Both the position numbers and the translations under genes were made by a program. A DNA stretch of 64,000 nt from Laetmonice hystrix (lineage: Eukaryota). The stretch spans positions 16,182,001 through 16,246,000 of the forward strand of contig OZ249441.1 in the NCBI GenBank assembly GCA_965235115.1. The letters run 5' to 3'. Below, piece after piece: positions 13,801 through 28,600 of this stretch (its first letter is position 1; every line of letters starts with the position of its first letter). The notes under the pieces were generated by a model. That model did not search any database. It saw only the letters and a program-made list of their open reading frames with translations, and was not told where the DNA came from.

Positions 13801-14854
13801 CAGACTAGGCCTGAATTCACCAGAACTGTTGTTCATACATTTGGTGACACGAATCAAACTTACAAGATGAGTTTCTGCACCTGTCCTGTAGGTGTGAATA
13901 CGCAAGGAGAACCTGTTTCCCGGAACCCAACTCCCACCTTCTCTGCAATAAGTGGGCCCATGATAATGGAGAGTTCCTGCCATACCCGTTCCCATTAAAA
14001 TTGTATCCACGATAACAACTTGTACCGGTACAATGAGAAGGCACGACATGAATGGGACACCGGATATTGGCATCGGTGACGTGACGTAGAGATTTGACGT
14101 CCGAGACGCAGACGTACCTAATGTCAGAGTACAGCGCTAAAAGTAACCTGAGTTAGCCATCGAGGGAAATGATAAAAAACTGGGATTGCACCAGGTCATA
14201 TTACTGATTTAATCAAGTTTATCTGTTGACCTACGTGCCCATAAACCTTATCCACCAGGGGCCTTTTCAAAAGTTACCAGAACAAAAAAATCATGGAAGA
14301 AAAGAAAACTCACTGTAAATCTGGCATACCCTGGTATGTAAAAAGACTGTGCGTCTGAATTTCCTTGCATGACAAATTGCGTGGAGATTTAATCATCTTT
14401 CATTAATTATGGCACACACAGGTCTACATGCGTGTGTTTGCATAAGAGACAGAATGGCTACATCGTAAAGCAAGGATCCAAAGATCCGGTAAAATGTTTG
14501 AATGAGTTTGGCCTATGATATGTAATTAATATCTGTCTATATTACTAATGTGCTTAATTGCTGGAGACATTTAATAGCATACATCAAAGTATTACCTCAA
14601 AATCATATATGTAGGGATGTTTTTGTCTGAAAGTACGAATTAAATGCAACATGGAAGCTTGCACACACTTTGGACATCAAAGAATGTCAAATGCATGGAC
14701 GGTGAGCTTTTGAATATTAACATGACAAAAATGGGCACAAATGTGATGAAAGTTTCGATATGCTTTTAGACTTAAAAGGGGAAAGCTTAGTCTGAGCAGG
14801 AAGTTTCGATCTTCCCGTTTATGATTTTACATTATGTTGATTCGCTTGAAATGG

Positions 14855-16910
14855 ATTGCATGAAAGAAGTGGTTATTAGAACTAGTTAATGTAAGTCCTG
14901 TTAATGTAACGTACGGGGACCTAGTATTGCATGAAAGAAGTGGTTATTAGAACTAGTTAATGTAAGTCCTGTTAATGTAACGTACGGGGACCTAGTATTG
15001 CATGAAAGAAGTGGTAATTAGAACTAGTTAATGTAAGTCCTGGTAATGTAACGTACGGGGACCTAGTATTGCATGAAAGAAGTGGTTATTAGAACTAGTT
15101 AATGTAAGTCCTGTTAATGTAACGTACGGGGACCTAGTATTGCATGAAAGAAGTGGTAATTAGAACTAGTTAATGTAAGTCCTGTTAATGTAACGTACGG
15201 GGACCTAGTATTGCATGAAAGAAGTGGTTATTAGAACTAGTTAATGTAAGTCCTGTTAATGTAACGTCCCGGGACCTAGTATTGCATGAAAGAAGTGGTT
15301 ATTAGAACTAGTTAATGTAAGTCCTGTTAATGTAACGTCCCGGGACCTAGTATTGCATGAAAGAAGTGGTAATTAGAACTAGTTAATGTAAGTCCTGTTA
15401 ATGTAACGTACGGGGACCTAGTATTGCATGAAAGAAGTGGTAATTAGAACTAGTTAATGTAAGTCCTGTTAATGTAACGTACGGGGACCTAGTATTGCAT
15501 GAAAGAAGTGGTAATTAGAACTAGTTAATGTAAGTCCTGTTAATGTAACGTACGGGGACCTAGTATTGCATGAAAGAAGTGGTAATTAGAACTAGTTAAT
15601 GTACGTCCTGTTAATGTAACGTACGGGGACCTAGTATTGCATGAAAGAAGTGGTAATTAGAACTAGTTAATGTAAGTCCTGTTAATGTAACGTACGGGGA
15701 CCTAGTATTGCATGAAAGAAGTGGTAATTAGAACTAGTTAATGTAAGTCCTGGTAATGTAACGTACGGGGACCTAGTATTGCATGAAAGAAGTGGTAATT
15801 AGAACTAGTTAATGTACGTCCTGTTAATGTAACGTACGGGGACCTAGTATTGCATGAAAGAAGTGGTTATTAGAACTAGTTAATGTAAGTCCTGTTAATG
15901 TAACGTACGGGGACCTAGTATTACATGAAAGAAGTGGTAATTAGAACTAGTTAATGTAAGTCCTGTTAATGTAACGTACGGGGACCTAGTATTGCATGAA
16001 AGAAGTGGTTATTAGAACTAGTTAATGTAAGTCCTGTTAATGTAACGTACGGGGACCTAGTATTGCATGAAAGAAGTGGTTATTAGAACTAGTTAATGTA
16101 AGTCCTGTTAATGTAACGTACGGGGACCTAGTATTGCATGAAAGAAGTGGTAATTAGAACTAGTTAATGTAAGTCATGTTAATGTAACGTACGGGGACCT
16201 AGTATTGCATGAAAGAAGTGGTAATTAGAACTAGTTAATGTAAGTCCTGTTAATGTAACGTACGGGGACCTAGTATTGCATGAAAGAAGTGGTAATTAGA
16301 ACTAGTTAATGTAAGTCCTGGTAATGTAACGTACGGGGACCTAGTATTGCATGAAAGAAGTGGTAATTAGAACTAGTTAATGTAAGTCCTGTTAATGTAA
16401 CGTACGGGGACCTAGTATTGCATGAAAGAAGTGGTAATTAGAACTAGTTAATGTAAGTCCTGGTAATGTAACGTACGGGGACCTAGTATTGCATGAAAGA
16501 AGTGGTTATTAGAACTAGTTAATGTAAGTCCTGTTAATGTAACGTCCCGGGACCTAGTATTGCATGAAAGAAGTGGTTATTAGAACTAGTTAATGTAAGT
16601 CCTGTTAATGTAACGTCCCGGGACCTAGTATTGCATGAAAGAAGTGGTAATTAGAACTAGTTAATGTAAGTTCTGTTGTAACGTACGGGGACCTAGTATT
16701 GCATGAAAGAAGTGGTAATTAGAACTAGTTAATGTAAGTCCTGTTGTAACGTACGGGGACCTAGTATTGCATGAAAGAAGTGGTAATTAGAACTAGTTAA
16801 TGTAAGTCCTGTTAATGTAACGTACGGGGACCTAGTATTGCATGAAAGAAGTGGTTATTAGAACTAGTTAATGTAAGTCCTGTTAATGTAACGTACGGGA
16901 ACCTAGTATT
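14855..16910. repeat. Tandem minisatellite, 71-bp unit, about 29 copies
   Basis: Unit attgcatgaaagaagtggt(t/a)attagaactagttaatgtaagtcctgttaatgtaacgtacggggacctagt; actagttaa recurs at 14881, 14952 and 15023. Confidence 0.97.
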
Positions 16911-17458
16911 TCAGACATTGACTCATTCTACTCTTCTGTAGGACGATCGACTATGACGGCCGTCAGTAGCTGACCATATTTTGAACGTACGTTATATTTT
17001 AAGGTACAGACCGACTGATAAACTATTCCTAACGTGGCACAGGAAACGACATACAGATGTACACCGCCACCGATACTCACTTCATCAATCAATCTACCTA
17101 ATTCAAGGATGGAAAATAGAAGATCTTTTAACTTTAAGAAGATGAATTTATCTACTAATACTCGTTTCCCAAACAGAATCTCTCAGTACTGGTTTCTTGT
17201 CTTTCAAACTGACCTACATGTTAAACGATCTAGACACGAGTGGTGGTTCCACTGTGGCTCGACTTTCATGTTGCGGCTCGATGATGTTTCATTTTCTGCC
17301 CAGTTTGTACTGGCCAGCAGCACGTACTGCTGCCGAGCAAATCGCATTAGGCTGAATTTGTCCTCACACAGCCTCACACCCCAGGCCAACCTGCCGCGCC
17401 TTAATCTGATCACATGCCATCCGGCCTCATGCAAATGGCACTGTTAGCTTAGAGTTAT

Positions 17459-19225
17459 ATCATACACCCGGCCCAGGACAAACCTAGCCTCAATATCAAC
17501 TTACATCATACACCCAGCCCAGGACAAACCTAGCCTCAATATCAACTGATAGAGACATCATACACCCAGCCCAGGACAACCCTAGCCTCAATATCAACTT
17601 ACATCATACACCCAGCCCAGGACAAACCTAGCCTCAATATCAACTGATAGAGACATCATACACCCAGCCCAGGACAACCCTAGCCTCAATATCAACTGAT
17701 AGAGACATCATACACCCGGCCCAGGACAACCCTAGCCTCGCTATCAACTGATAAAGACATCATACACCCAGCCCAGGACAACCCTAGCCTCGCTATCAAC
17801 TGATAGAGACATCATACACCCAGCCCAGGACAACCCTAGCCTCAATATCAACTGATAGAGACATCATACACCCAGCCCAGGACAACCCTAGCCTCAATAT
17901 CAACTGATAGAGACATCATACACCCAGCCCAGGACAACCCTAGCCTCAATATCAACTGATAGAGACATCATACACCCAGCCCAGGACAACCCTAGCCTCA
18001 ATATCAACTGATAGAGACATCCTACACCCAGCCCAGGACAACCCTAGTCTCAATATCAACTGATAGAGACATCATACACCCAGCCCAGGACAACCCTAGC
18101 CTCAATATCAACTGATAGAGACATCCTACACCCAGCCCAGGACAACCCTAGTCTCAATATCAACTGATAGAGACATCCTACACCCAGCCCAGGACAAACC
18201 TAGCCTCAATATCAACTGATAGAGACATCCTACACCCAGCCCAGGACAACCCTAGTCTCAATATCAACTGATAGAGACATCATACACCCGGCCCAGGACA
18301 GCCCTAGCCTCAATATCAACTGATAGAGACATCCTACACCCAGCCCAGGACAAACCTAGCCTCAATATCAACTGATAGAGACATCCTACACCCAGCCCAG
18401 GACAAACCTAGCCTCAATATCAACTGATAGAGACATCATACACCCGGCCCAGGACAACCCTAGCCTCGATATCAACTGATAGAGACATCTTACACCCATC
18501 CCAGGACAACCCTAGCCTCGCTATCAACTGATAGAGACATCATACACCCAGCCCAGGACAACTCTAGCCTTAATATCAACTGATAGATACAACATACACC
18601 CGGCCCATGACAACCCTAGCCTCGCTATTAACTTACATCATACACCCAGCCCAGGACAACTATAGCCTCGCTATCAACTGATAGAGACATCATACACCCG
18701 GCCCAGGACAACCCTAGCCTCAACATCAACTGATAGAGACATCATACACCCGGCCCAGGACAACCCTAGCCTCAATATCAACTGATAGAGACATCATACA
18801 CCAATCCCAGGACAACCCTAGCCTCAATATCAACTGATAGAGACATCATACACCCGGCCCAGGACAGCCCTAGCCTCAACATCAACTGATAGAGACATCA
18901 TACACCCGGCCCAGGACAACCCTAGCCTCAATATCAACTGATAGAGACATCATACACCCATCCCAGGACAACCCGAGCCTCAATATCAACTGATAGAGAC
19001 ATCATACACCCGGCCCAGGACAACCCTAGCCTCAATATCAACTGATAGAGACATCATACACCCAGCCTAGGACAACCCTAGCCACACTATCAACTTACAT
19101 CATACACTCAGCCGAGGACAAACTTAGCCTCAATATCAACGTCATACACCCGGCCCAGGACAAACCTAGCCTCAACATCAACTGATAGAGACATCATACA
19201 CCCGGCCCAGGACAAACCTAGCCTC
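17459..19225. repeat. Tandem minisatellite, 52-bp unit (some shorter variants), about 34 copies
   Basis: Unit catcatacaccc(a/g)gcccaggacaaccctagcctcaatatcaactgatagaga. Confidence 0.97.
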
Positions 19226-21490
19226 ATTGCCACCAGTCTGCACTAAAGACAAAGTGTACAGGGTTCTGCATACAATGCGAATGCTGCCCGTGTTCTTCAT
19301 GAAAAACCTAATGTTGGCATGTCTTCCTGCATTTGCTCCATAACATGCACACAGCCATGGAAACACTCGCGTCCCAGTTATTCTCCACTATTTTCTGTGA
19401 CAATGGTAAATGATTTAACTGCAGATGCGAACTGTAGGAATGCCACTTACAATCCAAACAATATAAAACAATATGAGACCAAACACGAAAACCTAAAAGC
19501 ACAGAGCCCTGATTGTCTTGTAGGCCGTATTGGACGCATGGATTGGACGTATGAACAGAACTGATAATAGGGTTTCCGTTTGTGCGAAGCATGAAACAAT
19601 TCAATTCAATACAATTGAAATCGGTGAGCAACTTGCACAGTAACCCTGCTCATTTAAAGTGAAACAACCGTGTGAACCGTCACGACATCTGGTGGCTGAG
19701 TACGGTACTGATATTCTCTACTGAATTAAATGTTAAATTGATAAGTTATTGCCTACCATTTACTCGAAAATTAGGATGGAAACCTATTATTTTTAATGCT
19801 TTGTTTTGATGCTTATGCCACGACTGGTATGTTTGTATTACTTTAATATCACGCCTGTTTAACTTTAAAAGATAATGCATGAAGTAAAGGTTTATGAAGC
19901 CATGATATACTCACAGCACTGTGTCAAGTATGACCTTAAGCTAGTTTTACACAGAGCTGAGAATCTAATTATAACAAATACCACTGTTAGGCCAAACGAG
20001 CTTACGGTGATACCTTACTCACTGCTACCAGTATCATGGCTTCAGCAACCTACTTAAAACTCATGATCGTTTCATGTGTTTTATAACTCGCGTTCACATC
20101 AGTCGCGAGTCCCATGATCCAGCGTAAGGTTAGGTCATACCACGGCACAATAGAAATAATGCCCTGGAAGGGATGACTGCCCGGTTGGTCGGCTCCATGA
20201 CTGCAAATCATCTATTACAACTCAAATTATTCCAGATGGCTTTCATGTAGCTGGTCTCGGAGGAGAATTATTTGCATAACTTCGTACAAAGATGCAATTA
20301 AGAAAACGAATCAAGACATTAGAGGTCGCCAAGCCGCTTTTTGTGCCCTGCATGGCGACTGGACGTGGCACACTTTGTGCATCAGTGCCTACAATTCTTC
20401 ATTTATGTTTTTACAGAGAGTGGAACTCTGACATTGTTACAGCACTATCATTTATTCACAGACCTGCGGCACCCAGATCTGGAGAGGCTTTGGGTTGATT
20501 GTCACGCTGCATCAAGGCAATCAGCCCTTCATTTCCGACACTGCCTGAAAAGTATGCTGATGACATAATGAAATTACCAACAAATAAGTGTTCAATTTCC
20601 GTGCAACCCAAAATGGATCGATGGACCACAGTGACGATGACTTTTCCACATCTGTAGCCGGAGCTATAGAAAGGCCAACAACCTAGTTACTGTCTGCCCT
20701 ATTTGTATCCTTTTTCATGAAGTAAAGACTATCAACACTCCAGGCCTGAATGTGCCTATCTACCATCAGTTTAGAAAATGAGTGGCTTTGCCCATTCACC
20801 AGCAATTTAATCGTAACAGCCTTGCCGCTAACGACGGAAACACGACGGCAGCTGACTGTCACCACACCCGGCCTCCACCGTTCACATCAACAATAAAACT
20901 CGCTCCCGTGCTTAGAAAAGGTAGTCTTCATGCAATTCAAATCACACTTTACTCTTCTGCAGTAAGATTCCCTTGTCCCAAATTTCAAATAAATTAATCT
21001 ACCTCATTTCTATATTTTAATATTTAGTTAAATCCCGGCCGCCGGAGCTCGCGGTGTCTGTCTGAATACTTGCCGTCAGGACGGCTCCAAGCAAACAAAA
21101 ATAGCGTCTTCTTGGCCAAGTAGACCTAATATTGCGATGGGCCAATATACACTGTAAAGACAAAGAATATACAGTAAAACTAGATAATCCTCCGTCTCCA
21201 GACATAATTCGTCTGCTGCCGCGGGCGGAATCGTCCGTCCTCATCTTCAGTTCTTGATTGTCTCTTTTTCTGACGCTAGTCATCATGTTCCAGCAGTGAG
21301 AATGTAAGGCACTCAGCGCCAGTAGAACTTACTTCATGTCTCAGACCGACCGGGAGACAGGAATGGTCGGGATATACTACCGTCTGGTCACTCACACTCT
21401 AACATCAGTTCTGTATGCTGGTTAAACCAATACAACATTCATCCGGGGATGGAATACTGGAATTTCTGAATTATCCTTCGGTAGTCTTCT

Positions 21491-21580
21491 ATAAATCCAC
21501 GTGTAACACTGCACCCATGCAGTATACAACACATAAATCCACGTGTAACACTGCACCCATGCAGTATACAACACATAAAT
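21491..21580. repeat. 42-bp direct tandem duplication
   Basis: ataaatccacgtgtaacactgcacccatgcagtatacaacac occurs twice in tandem. Confidence 0.9.
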
Positions 21581-24500
21581 AAGGAGAAGATACACTGGCC
21601 TAGCATTTATATCATCATCACCACCATCATCACCATCGACATCTTTCGTTAAATCCTTGATATAACCATGTTCCTCATCGATATCCGTCATGGCATCAAA
21701 TGTACGAACACATCTCGCCCTGAAGGTGTCAAGCAATTATAGAGTCAAGCCAGTCAAACAGTAAACTCCCGATATTTACTTCATTTTCAACAACAAAAAT
21801 CTCAAGTACCTATAGATTCAGACAGCTTAGAATCCCATTAATATACCCTTACGTTCCCTGCCGGTTATAATACATCCCTCGCTTTCTCGTGGCACCGAGA
21901 CACTTTAAGATCCGAGGGAGAACATGTGGCATGTTTGTCAGCCAGCAGTAGCCATCCAAACCTGTTTACATGACTCCACTTGTCAAAGTTCTTCCCGCCT
22001 ACAAAAACCGCCCCGACTGCCGCACCTCTCGCCTTCATTAGTCGCCTTACCTCCGGCCAATATTTTATAACACGGGGTGGTCTTCGCCGTGTTTTTGCCA
22101 GGTCTGTTAATGGATTCGTTTTTAAAGGACACGTTTTCCATTGATTTATAAAGAGAGATTCTTGAGTAATGTTTCCAGGCGGACCTTTTATTGGTATGGA
22201 TAAGGTTCGATGGTCCAGCAACCCCATTTTGTATCTCCGTGTGGCTTTCCGGATCTCATCAAAATTACTACTGATCGCACTCACCATGAACTGAAAAGGG
22301 GAGGGGGATCCAAATTCAATTGCAAACGGGAATACTGAGTCATTCCTTCGCAGCAGTCGATGAAAGAAAGAAGGAAAGACTGGTGCACAACTGCTCAGAC
22401 ACACCTCAGAACATTGGTACCCAGACACGCCTCAGAACATTGGTACCCAGAAATATGTTCCATCCATCGGCTAGCCTGGTAACCCGAGGTCGAGGCCAAG
22501 GGTGGACTTGGTGGCCGTGTGTCACTCGGGGATGTTGGTATAAATCAAGGGCTTCAAAGCCTACCAAACCAAAGAAAACTCTGTAATTAAAGACCACGGG
22601 TTCACTGCTGTGTGCTAGCCATAATCTACGGGGACCTGACTTAGCCATTAGTTACTGTCGCCAATGTCTTCCCCGAGTTGACTCCAGTGGCAAGCCCGTG
22701 CAGCGAGAACGCCATGCTCAATGGGCTGTGACTCGCGCGGTGTCACCGGCCAATGTTAAAGTAGCGCCTGTAGTTTTAGTCTGGGCCAGGAATATGTATG
22801 AGGACTATCATCTTGGGATTCGGAAATAACTCTAAGACTGCAAGAAATAAGAAACACAAAATACTCATTCAGAACGATTCTGCAACAACTGGCTACGTTA
22901 TATATGCACAACTAATGGTTGAATCCGATATTTGGTATGAAAAACACCATCTCATTCACCCGTCCTGATTAAATGATCGATAATATCCCAAGATGTTTGC
23001 ACTCTAGAACGATTTACAGTTATAGAAATTAGGAAAACCTCTAACCTATCGATAATCGATTACTGAGCTACATCAAGGATACGAAACGTAACACGTCCCC
23101 AATAAAGACACCACAAGAAAAGGTCTCTGTTCCGCCAGTCTCTGCCAAAAAAATCTTACGCTTGATAGCTGCGAAACTTCTAGAGTGATTAATTACTGTC
23201 AGAATCTTTGAAATCAAAATTTAATTACGAGTTAAAATTGAAAGGGGAAAAGAAAATATCTGAATGGAGTTGATTTATTGGCGACAAAATCCTGTTAATA
23301 AGCAAGCATAACCTAACAGAATTAGTACCCCATCTGGCATCGTCAATTATGAATGGGTAAAGTATGAGGTTCACGTTCGTATCGAGCCTATCATGCTGCA
23401 CATTTACTGAGGCCAACATAATAGACTTCCCCACTATATTTCGATTGTAAAAACGGCACTAGTACCTTAGAGAAAAATACAGCCTCATTAAAAAAATCGA
23501 TTCCTTTCCTGATCTGACAAGGCAGCCGCCAAGAGCCCATTATAGTTCACAACTATCAGGCATTTGATTTACACATTCCACACCTGCTACCCACGGATCT
23601 ACCCCCCGCCCCCCACACACACACTCCCAAGGGAACTTGAAAGGAGTCGTGCCGACAAACTAACCCTTTATAGGTGAAACATTTTATCCCCATATTAATA
23701 AGGACCTCAATAATGTGACATTTCATTCAAGAGCTGCTCAAAACAAGAAGCCTTTGTCTTTTAACTACGGTTCCGTATGGTGTACTTCCCAGGGATGCCA
23801 TATCTACCGACACCGAACATTTAGCGCTGCAGAATCCATGAGCAGAAATCCTTTGTACCGAATCCGACATATTAATTACCGGTATAAACCCTTGCTCTTA
23901 ATGGGCATGCATTAGAAATGACCACCAAGTTGAATGGGACATCGTGCTCAGAGTAGTCGTGGATAATTATCCTGCCTAATTCTCTAACCTGACGAAACAA
24001 TTAATTTCTCCATTCTAATATGTTAAGATTGAGAAAAATTGTTTCATAATTAAGTTCTCAGAACTGGCCTTTATTAAAATCAATCAATAGCTATTTGAGG
24101 ATTACAATGACAGTAGCCTAATTCTGGCTTTGGTAATTAGTTATAACTCGGATACAAAACACTGAAATCTCCCTCTGAGATTCGTATTTATTTTTCGACA
24201 AAAGGAATGTCCATACCGTATAGATGATACTCGGTACCCTTTTGCCCAGCAAAGGGAGGCCCATATCTTAAAGGTGCCCTTGTACCTAATCCTAAAATAT
24301 GTATCATTCATTGATACATATTTTATGGGACGGTCGGCATCTACCCCTCTGGGCCCGGTTTGCCCGAAATTATGTTCTTGCTTGAACTAAAGCTAACGTT
24401 TCTCCCTGGCTGTTCTGTCGAGGCCAGCTGGAGAAACCTGAAGCAAGATTTTTTTTCGGCCCTGAATACGTCAGATTAATGTTCGACCAACTGCCCTGGT

Positions 24501-25310
24501 CCTAAAACATCAATTATTCTACACGCCACAAGCCACAATCATGATACATATGATGACGACGAGCTTGGGAGCGGGAAAAACTTAACCATAATCAGCGGCA
24601 TTGCATAAATGAATAGCCACCATAAAATGTCGCTTTGCCATTACAAGAAAATACGCACACCTGGAATTAACTAACAACACATTTTTGTCGTCAGCCTAAA
24701 TCATCCCAATTCAAAAACTAATAGCAGAATAAATTTACGGCTGCAACGATAAAAGAACTAAAGTATTTTTTGTTTGTTCATGCCATGAATTTTCTGAATA
24801 AACATTCAGTGGCAAGAGGTTCTGCTGATACAAGACATTTCGAACTAGTCTGTAGGTTGTCTGTAGGTTGTCAAGTAGGCTACCTCAATGCATACCTGAA
24901 GTGTCTACGTCACAAATATCGCGAGCTTTATGAAGACTTCACAAGTCATTTGTTCTCCAGTGGACGAGAGTGGCTTGGTGAGGTAGCGCTCAGTGTAGAA
25001 CCACAGTTCTATGGTAGAACAAAGTCAGCTTTGACGGCAGATATCAGACTTTGATATATCATACGGTCTGAACGCATCAACTGTTATCAACAGAAGAATG
25101 AACCATTTCAGTGTTCATCTATATCTGGCAACACTCGTCCCTGATACACTCTTCAAGCAATACGGGATCAAATCAAAGCTTTCAACCACCTCACATGACA
25201 CCGGTGTTGAAGCAGGAGTCCGAGCCGAGAGAGAACAAGCGATCCAATAAAATGATGCCAATTACTTGGAGAGGACTGGGGATTATTGAGCACCTTCAGT
25301 GCGACCCTCT

Positions 25311-25626
25311 CAGCCTGGACCTGACGACATGCTGCCATGTCGGAGAGTCTGCCAGTCACTTAAATCATGGTCACAGCAAGAAAGGTCCTCACAAAAACAA
25401 ACCAGAACACCAACTACTACACAACCATCCGTTTGCCTTTAAATTTACATCTTATATTCGCCTTCTTCTTATCTGTAGGTCCATCTAAACAGACATTCCC
25501 TCCAACCAGACGAGTGACGTACAGGAATCTGTATAAAAATGCACTTGAACATTCAAACGAGCTATCAGTGGTGGCGACGCTGGCATGGAATGCCAGCTGG
25601 CTGTACTGAGGCCTCGTTCAGGATCA
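25311..25626 (+). mobile_element. Degraded non-LTR retrotransposon reverse transcriptase fragment (N-terminal RT domains)
   Basis: Across a frameshift the motifs appear in the expected order: QPGPDDM (cf. K(A/S)PGPDG), SW.TARKVL..T...NTNYYTTIRL (cf. W..A.V..I.K.....NYRPISL), NALEHSNEL (cf. GC.EH...L) and LAWNAS (cf. .LDL.NAF). Confidence 0.4.
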
Positions 25627-28600
25627 CTACTAAGTCTATTACGACCAGTTTTTTGAATCATAAAATTGGCCACTTATTTTTATGTGTCTGAATGACAGTG
25701 GGCCTGCTGATGGAGAAAGGGGCAGATGCAGCAAGCCGCTGATCCGTAAGAAGTCAGGCGGGAGCGGGCTGGCCCTGGCAATAATTGCTCTACGACATGA
25801 AAGGCTGCCATCTACACGAAACCGACGACATGAAATAGAAAGACAAGATGCAGGCAGATCTAGCAGTGGCTTTCCCAGCAAAACACGCCAAATATTCATA
25901 ACGTTTGATTGCTTATTGATTTGGACACAGGTATCACACTGATGGCCGGAATGAATTGATGGCCAATATCACGTTTTATCCTTTCAGACATCAATCCGTC
26001 TTAACTACGGGAAGGATCCGGGCGGCGAGGACCAAATACCGGGTCAACGGGTCAAGGAGAAACAATACTCGGGACACAGATATCATCAAAGCTTTGTCTG
26101 TGACCCGCCTCTCTGAACAGATCCTAACCAGCCAATCATCTCAGGCAGGCAGGCAGGCAGATCGAAGGACAGACCAAATGTTTTGTTTCAAATAAATGTA
26201 GCTGGGTGCCCTTTTACGCCATTGCCATGCGTTCTGGTTATTTCATTGTTCAATTAATAGTGATGCTTTATCACTTATACAAATCATTCAAGGTGACCTG
26301 CAAGAAAAGAGAAAAATGGAAAGAAAGGGAAACGCGGGACAGGAGGGACTGATAAAAACGACAACGGTAGCGAATGCAACCCACTAAATTTCCCAGCGAA
26401 GCTGATTTTCTGTTTTCTGTGGAAGAACGATTCTAACCTCCGGCAAAAGGAATGATCAATCGAGTTCTTGCAGAAACTTCCCTTAAACATTGCACTGATG
26501 TATTATACATTGGTTTGAAATTACTGATTTATTCCAATCAAATGTCAAAGGAAAATGCTTTCAGGCACTTGAACGAGTGGCGGACTGACTGGCGTTTGAT
26601 GGCGAGGTTGCGTGTCTCCTTAATGTCCGATATATGGACTCACTCTATGTTTCAGGGTCATGATAACAAAGACGTCTTCAGTCGATCCTTGTGGCTAGCA
26701 CACGACAACCGCTGTCCTTACCTGTCGTAGACTGCTGTCCACAGGTATCATACCTATCAGTCTTTGAAATATCTCTATCATCATTTTGGTCTTGACCTTA
26801 GCCAAAGCAGTTAATCTCAAATCTAGATTAAACCTAGATTTGGTTTAGCATTCCCTCCTTTGTTACGGCTGAGGTGGTCGTACCTCGGATACACATACGT
26901 ATCGCCAGAAATCAATATCAGTTTGACTTTTTGTTGGTTTTTGATCTAGTTCTGATGATCCCATCCATAACCCCCCCGTTCTAATAACAGAATCCAATGG
27001 ACCTGTCAAGATCACGTCGACTTCCTAGTTTTAGTGCGCAATAACCGCTATCTCCTGTCAAGAGACTCAACAGCTTCTATCTCTGCCATTTATTTCTTTT
27101 TCTTAATTTTTGCTGTTGTAAACAATACAAGTTCATCAAGCCGTCTGAGCTTTCAATCTGAGGTTGCTATTTTGGCGTTCAAACTGAGATTGGGTAGAAG
27201 TGGGTCGTTGCCCTGTCTCCTCACTCCTCAGCCGGAGCCTTGGCCCCGGAGTGCCAGAATGAGTCCCGGGAGAACCCAGGCTGAGCCGGTCCTCATTGAT
27301 AGCCGGCTGATCAATCACCGCTATTTAGGCTGAAATCGCCGCAGCCATTTCGGCGTGGTGGAAGTCGCACCGGCCGGCTCACCTTCGAGAGGAAGGCGGC
27401 CGGGTGGGGTGGCATAGAGAGTCGGCGGGCGGCGATCGTCCACAGCGACAACGGCAGAGACAGTCGGTCTCCAAGTCTGACGGCTCACTCAGTGGTCTGC
27501 CACCGACCATTCACCGGACCATACAGGGAGGTCTTTATGGATAAAATCAAGGGTTAGCTCCCTTTTATAATGAGAAATATGGTCAAATATTCACCCTTAA
27601 CTAAGTTGCTTTACTACAAAAACATACCAAGCCAGAGAGAATGCCCATTTGGTTGAATTCTTATCGTTTATTATTGGTTTAGCACTGAATGAACCTGGAA
27701 TAATGACCCTCTATAACTCATGACTGATTTTAATGTGGCCCATCTTGACCCTTGTTATCATAAGGAACCCATAACCATGTACACACTACACACGGCACAA
27801 GAGCATCTTGACTATTGATGGGTGTTTTATTGGGTCGAACCACCTCCTTTCAGTCTGAAATATCCCTTCATCGCTCCCAATACACCTTAGTGGGCCGTGG
27901 CTGGGTGATGAGAGCCGCTGCCATCCCCTGCCCAGATATAAGCTGGGTGATTGAACAACCCCCCGACTCAGGGTCACAATCCATCAGGCCTTCACCCCCG
28001 ACTCCTCACCCAACGCCAATAACCAGTGGCCACCCACCTTACACCTTGTGCAAGAAGTCTACCAATTAAAGACCTAGACAAGCATAAATCCCTCGCTCAA
28101 ACGTCTAGAGTATGAAGTATCATTGACACCAAAAGCCCCTAAAATCGTCACGAGGACGCTGTGGAGCAGCAGCAGCAGGCGAGTTCAGAGTGAGGGTTAC
28201 AGTAGAGTCGGGGTAACCAAGGTGAAAGGTCGTTGGTTACCAAGCAGCAAACTCTTTCATTGCCTGCTGTACTGACAGTCAGACCAACAACTACCGGCCA
28301 CCATGACCTACGTAACCTATGGCAACATGTCAACTCAATTAACTTCACATAAATACAAATCTACATCTTCTTGACAGCATTAATAGAAATAACGGCAGAC
28401 AGAGAACACTGCCATCTACGTTTGCGTGCGGACCAAACCTATTCCGTCTCACCTTTTCTAACCTAATGCTGGTTAAACGAGTGTCCCATCCCATTCTGAG
28501 CCACTGAATGGATGCATGACAATGACTTAATCATGACCTGACTGGGAGTGCCTCATGAAACAACTGTAATCAGACTTTGCCTCACTAACATTTTATGGTT

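Noticed and set aside
17459-19225. Resemblance of tatcaactgatagaga in the 52-bp unit to the tet operator (vector contamination)
   Set aside because: The spacing differs by one base, only one half-site matches, and the unit diverges like a natural satellite with no other vector sequence present.
21865-22428. 187-aa minus-strand ORF as a gene
   Set aside because: It has no recognisable motif or splice context and lies within the inferred intron; chance cannot be excluded, so it is not called.
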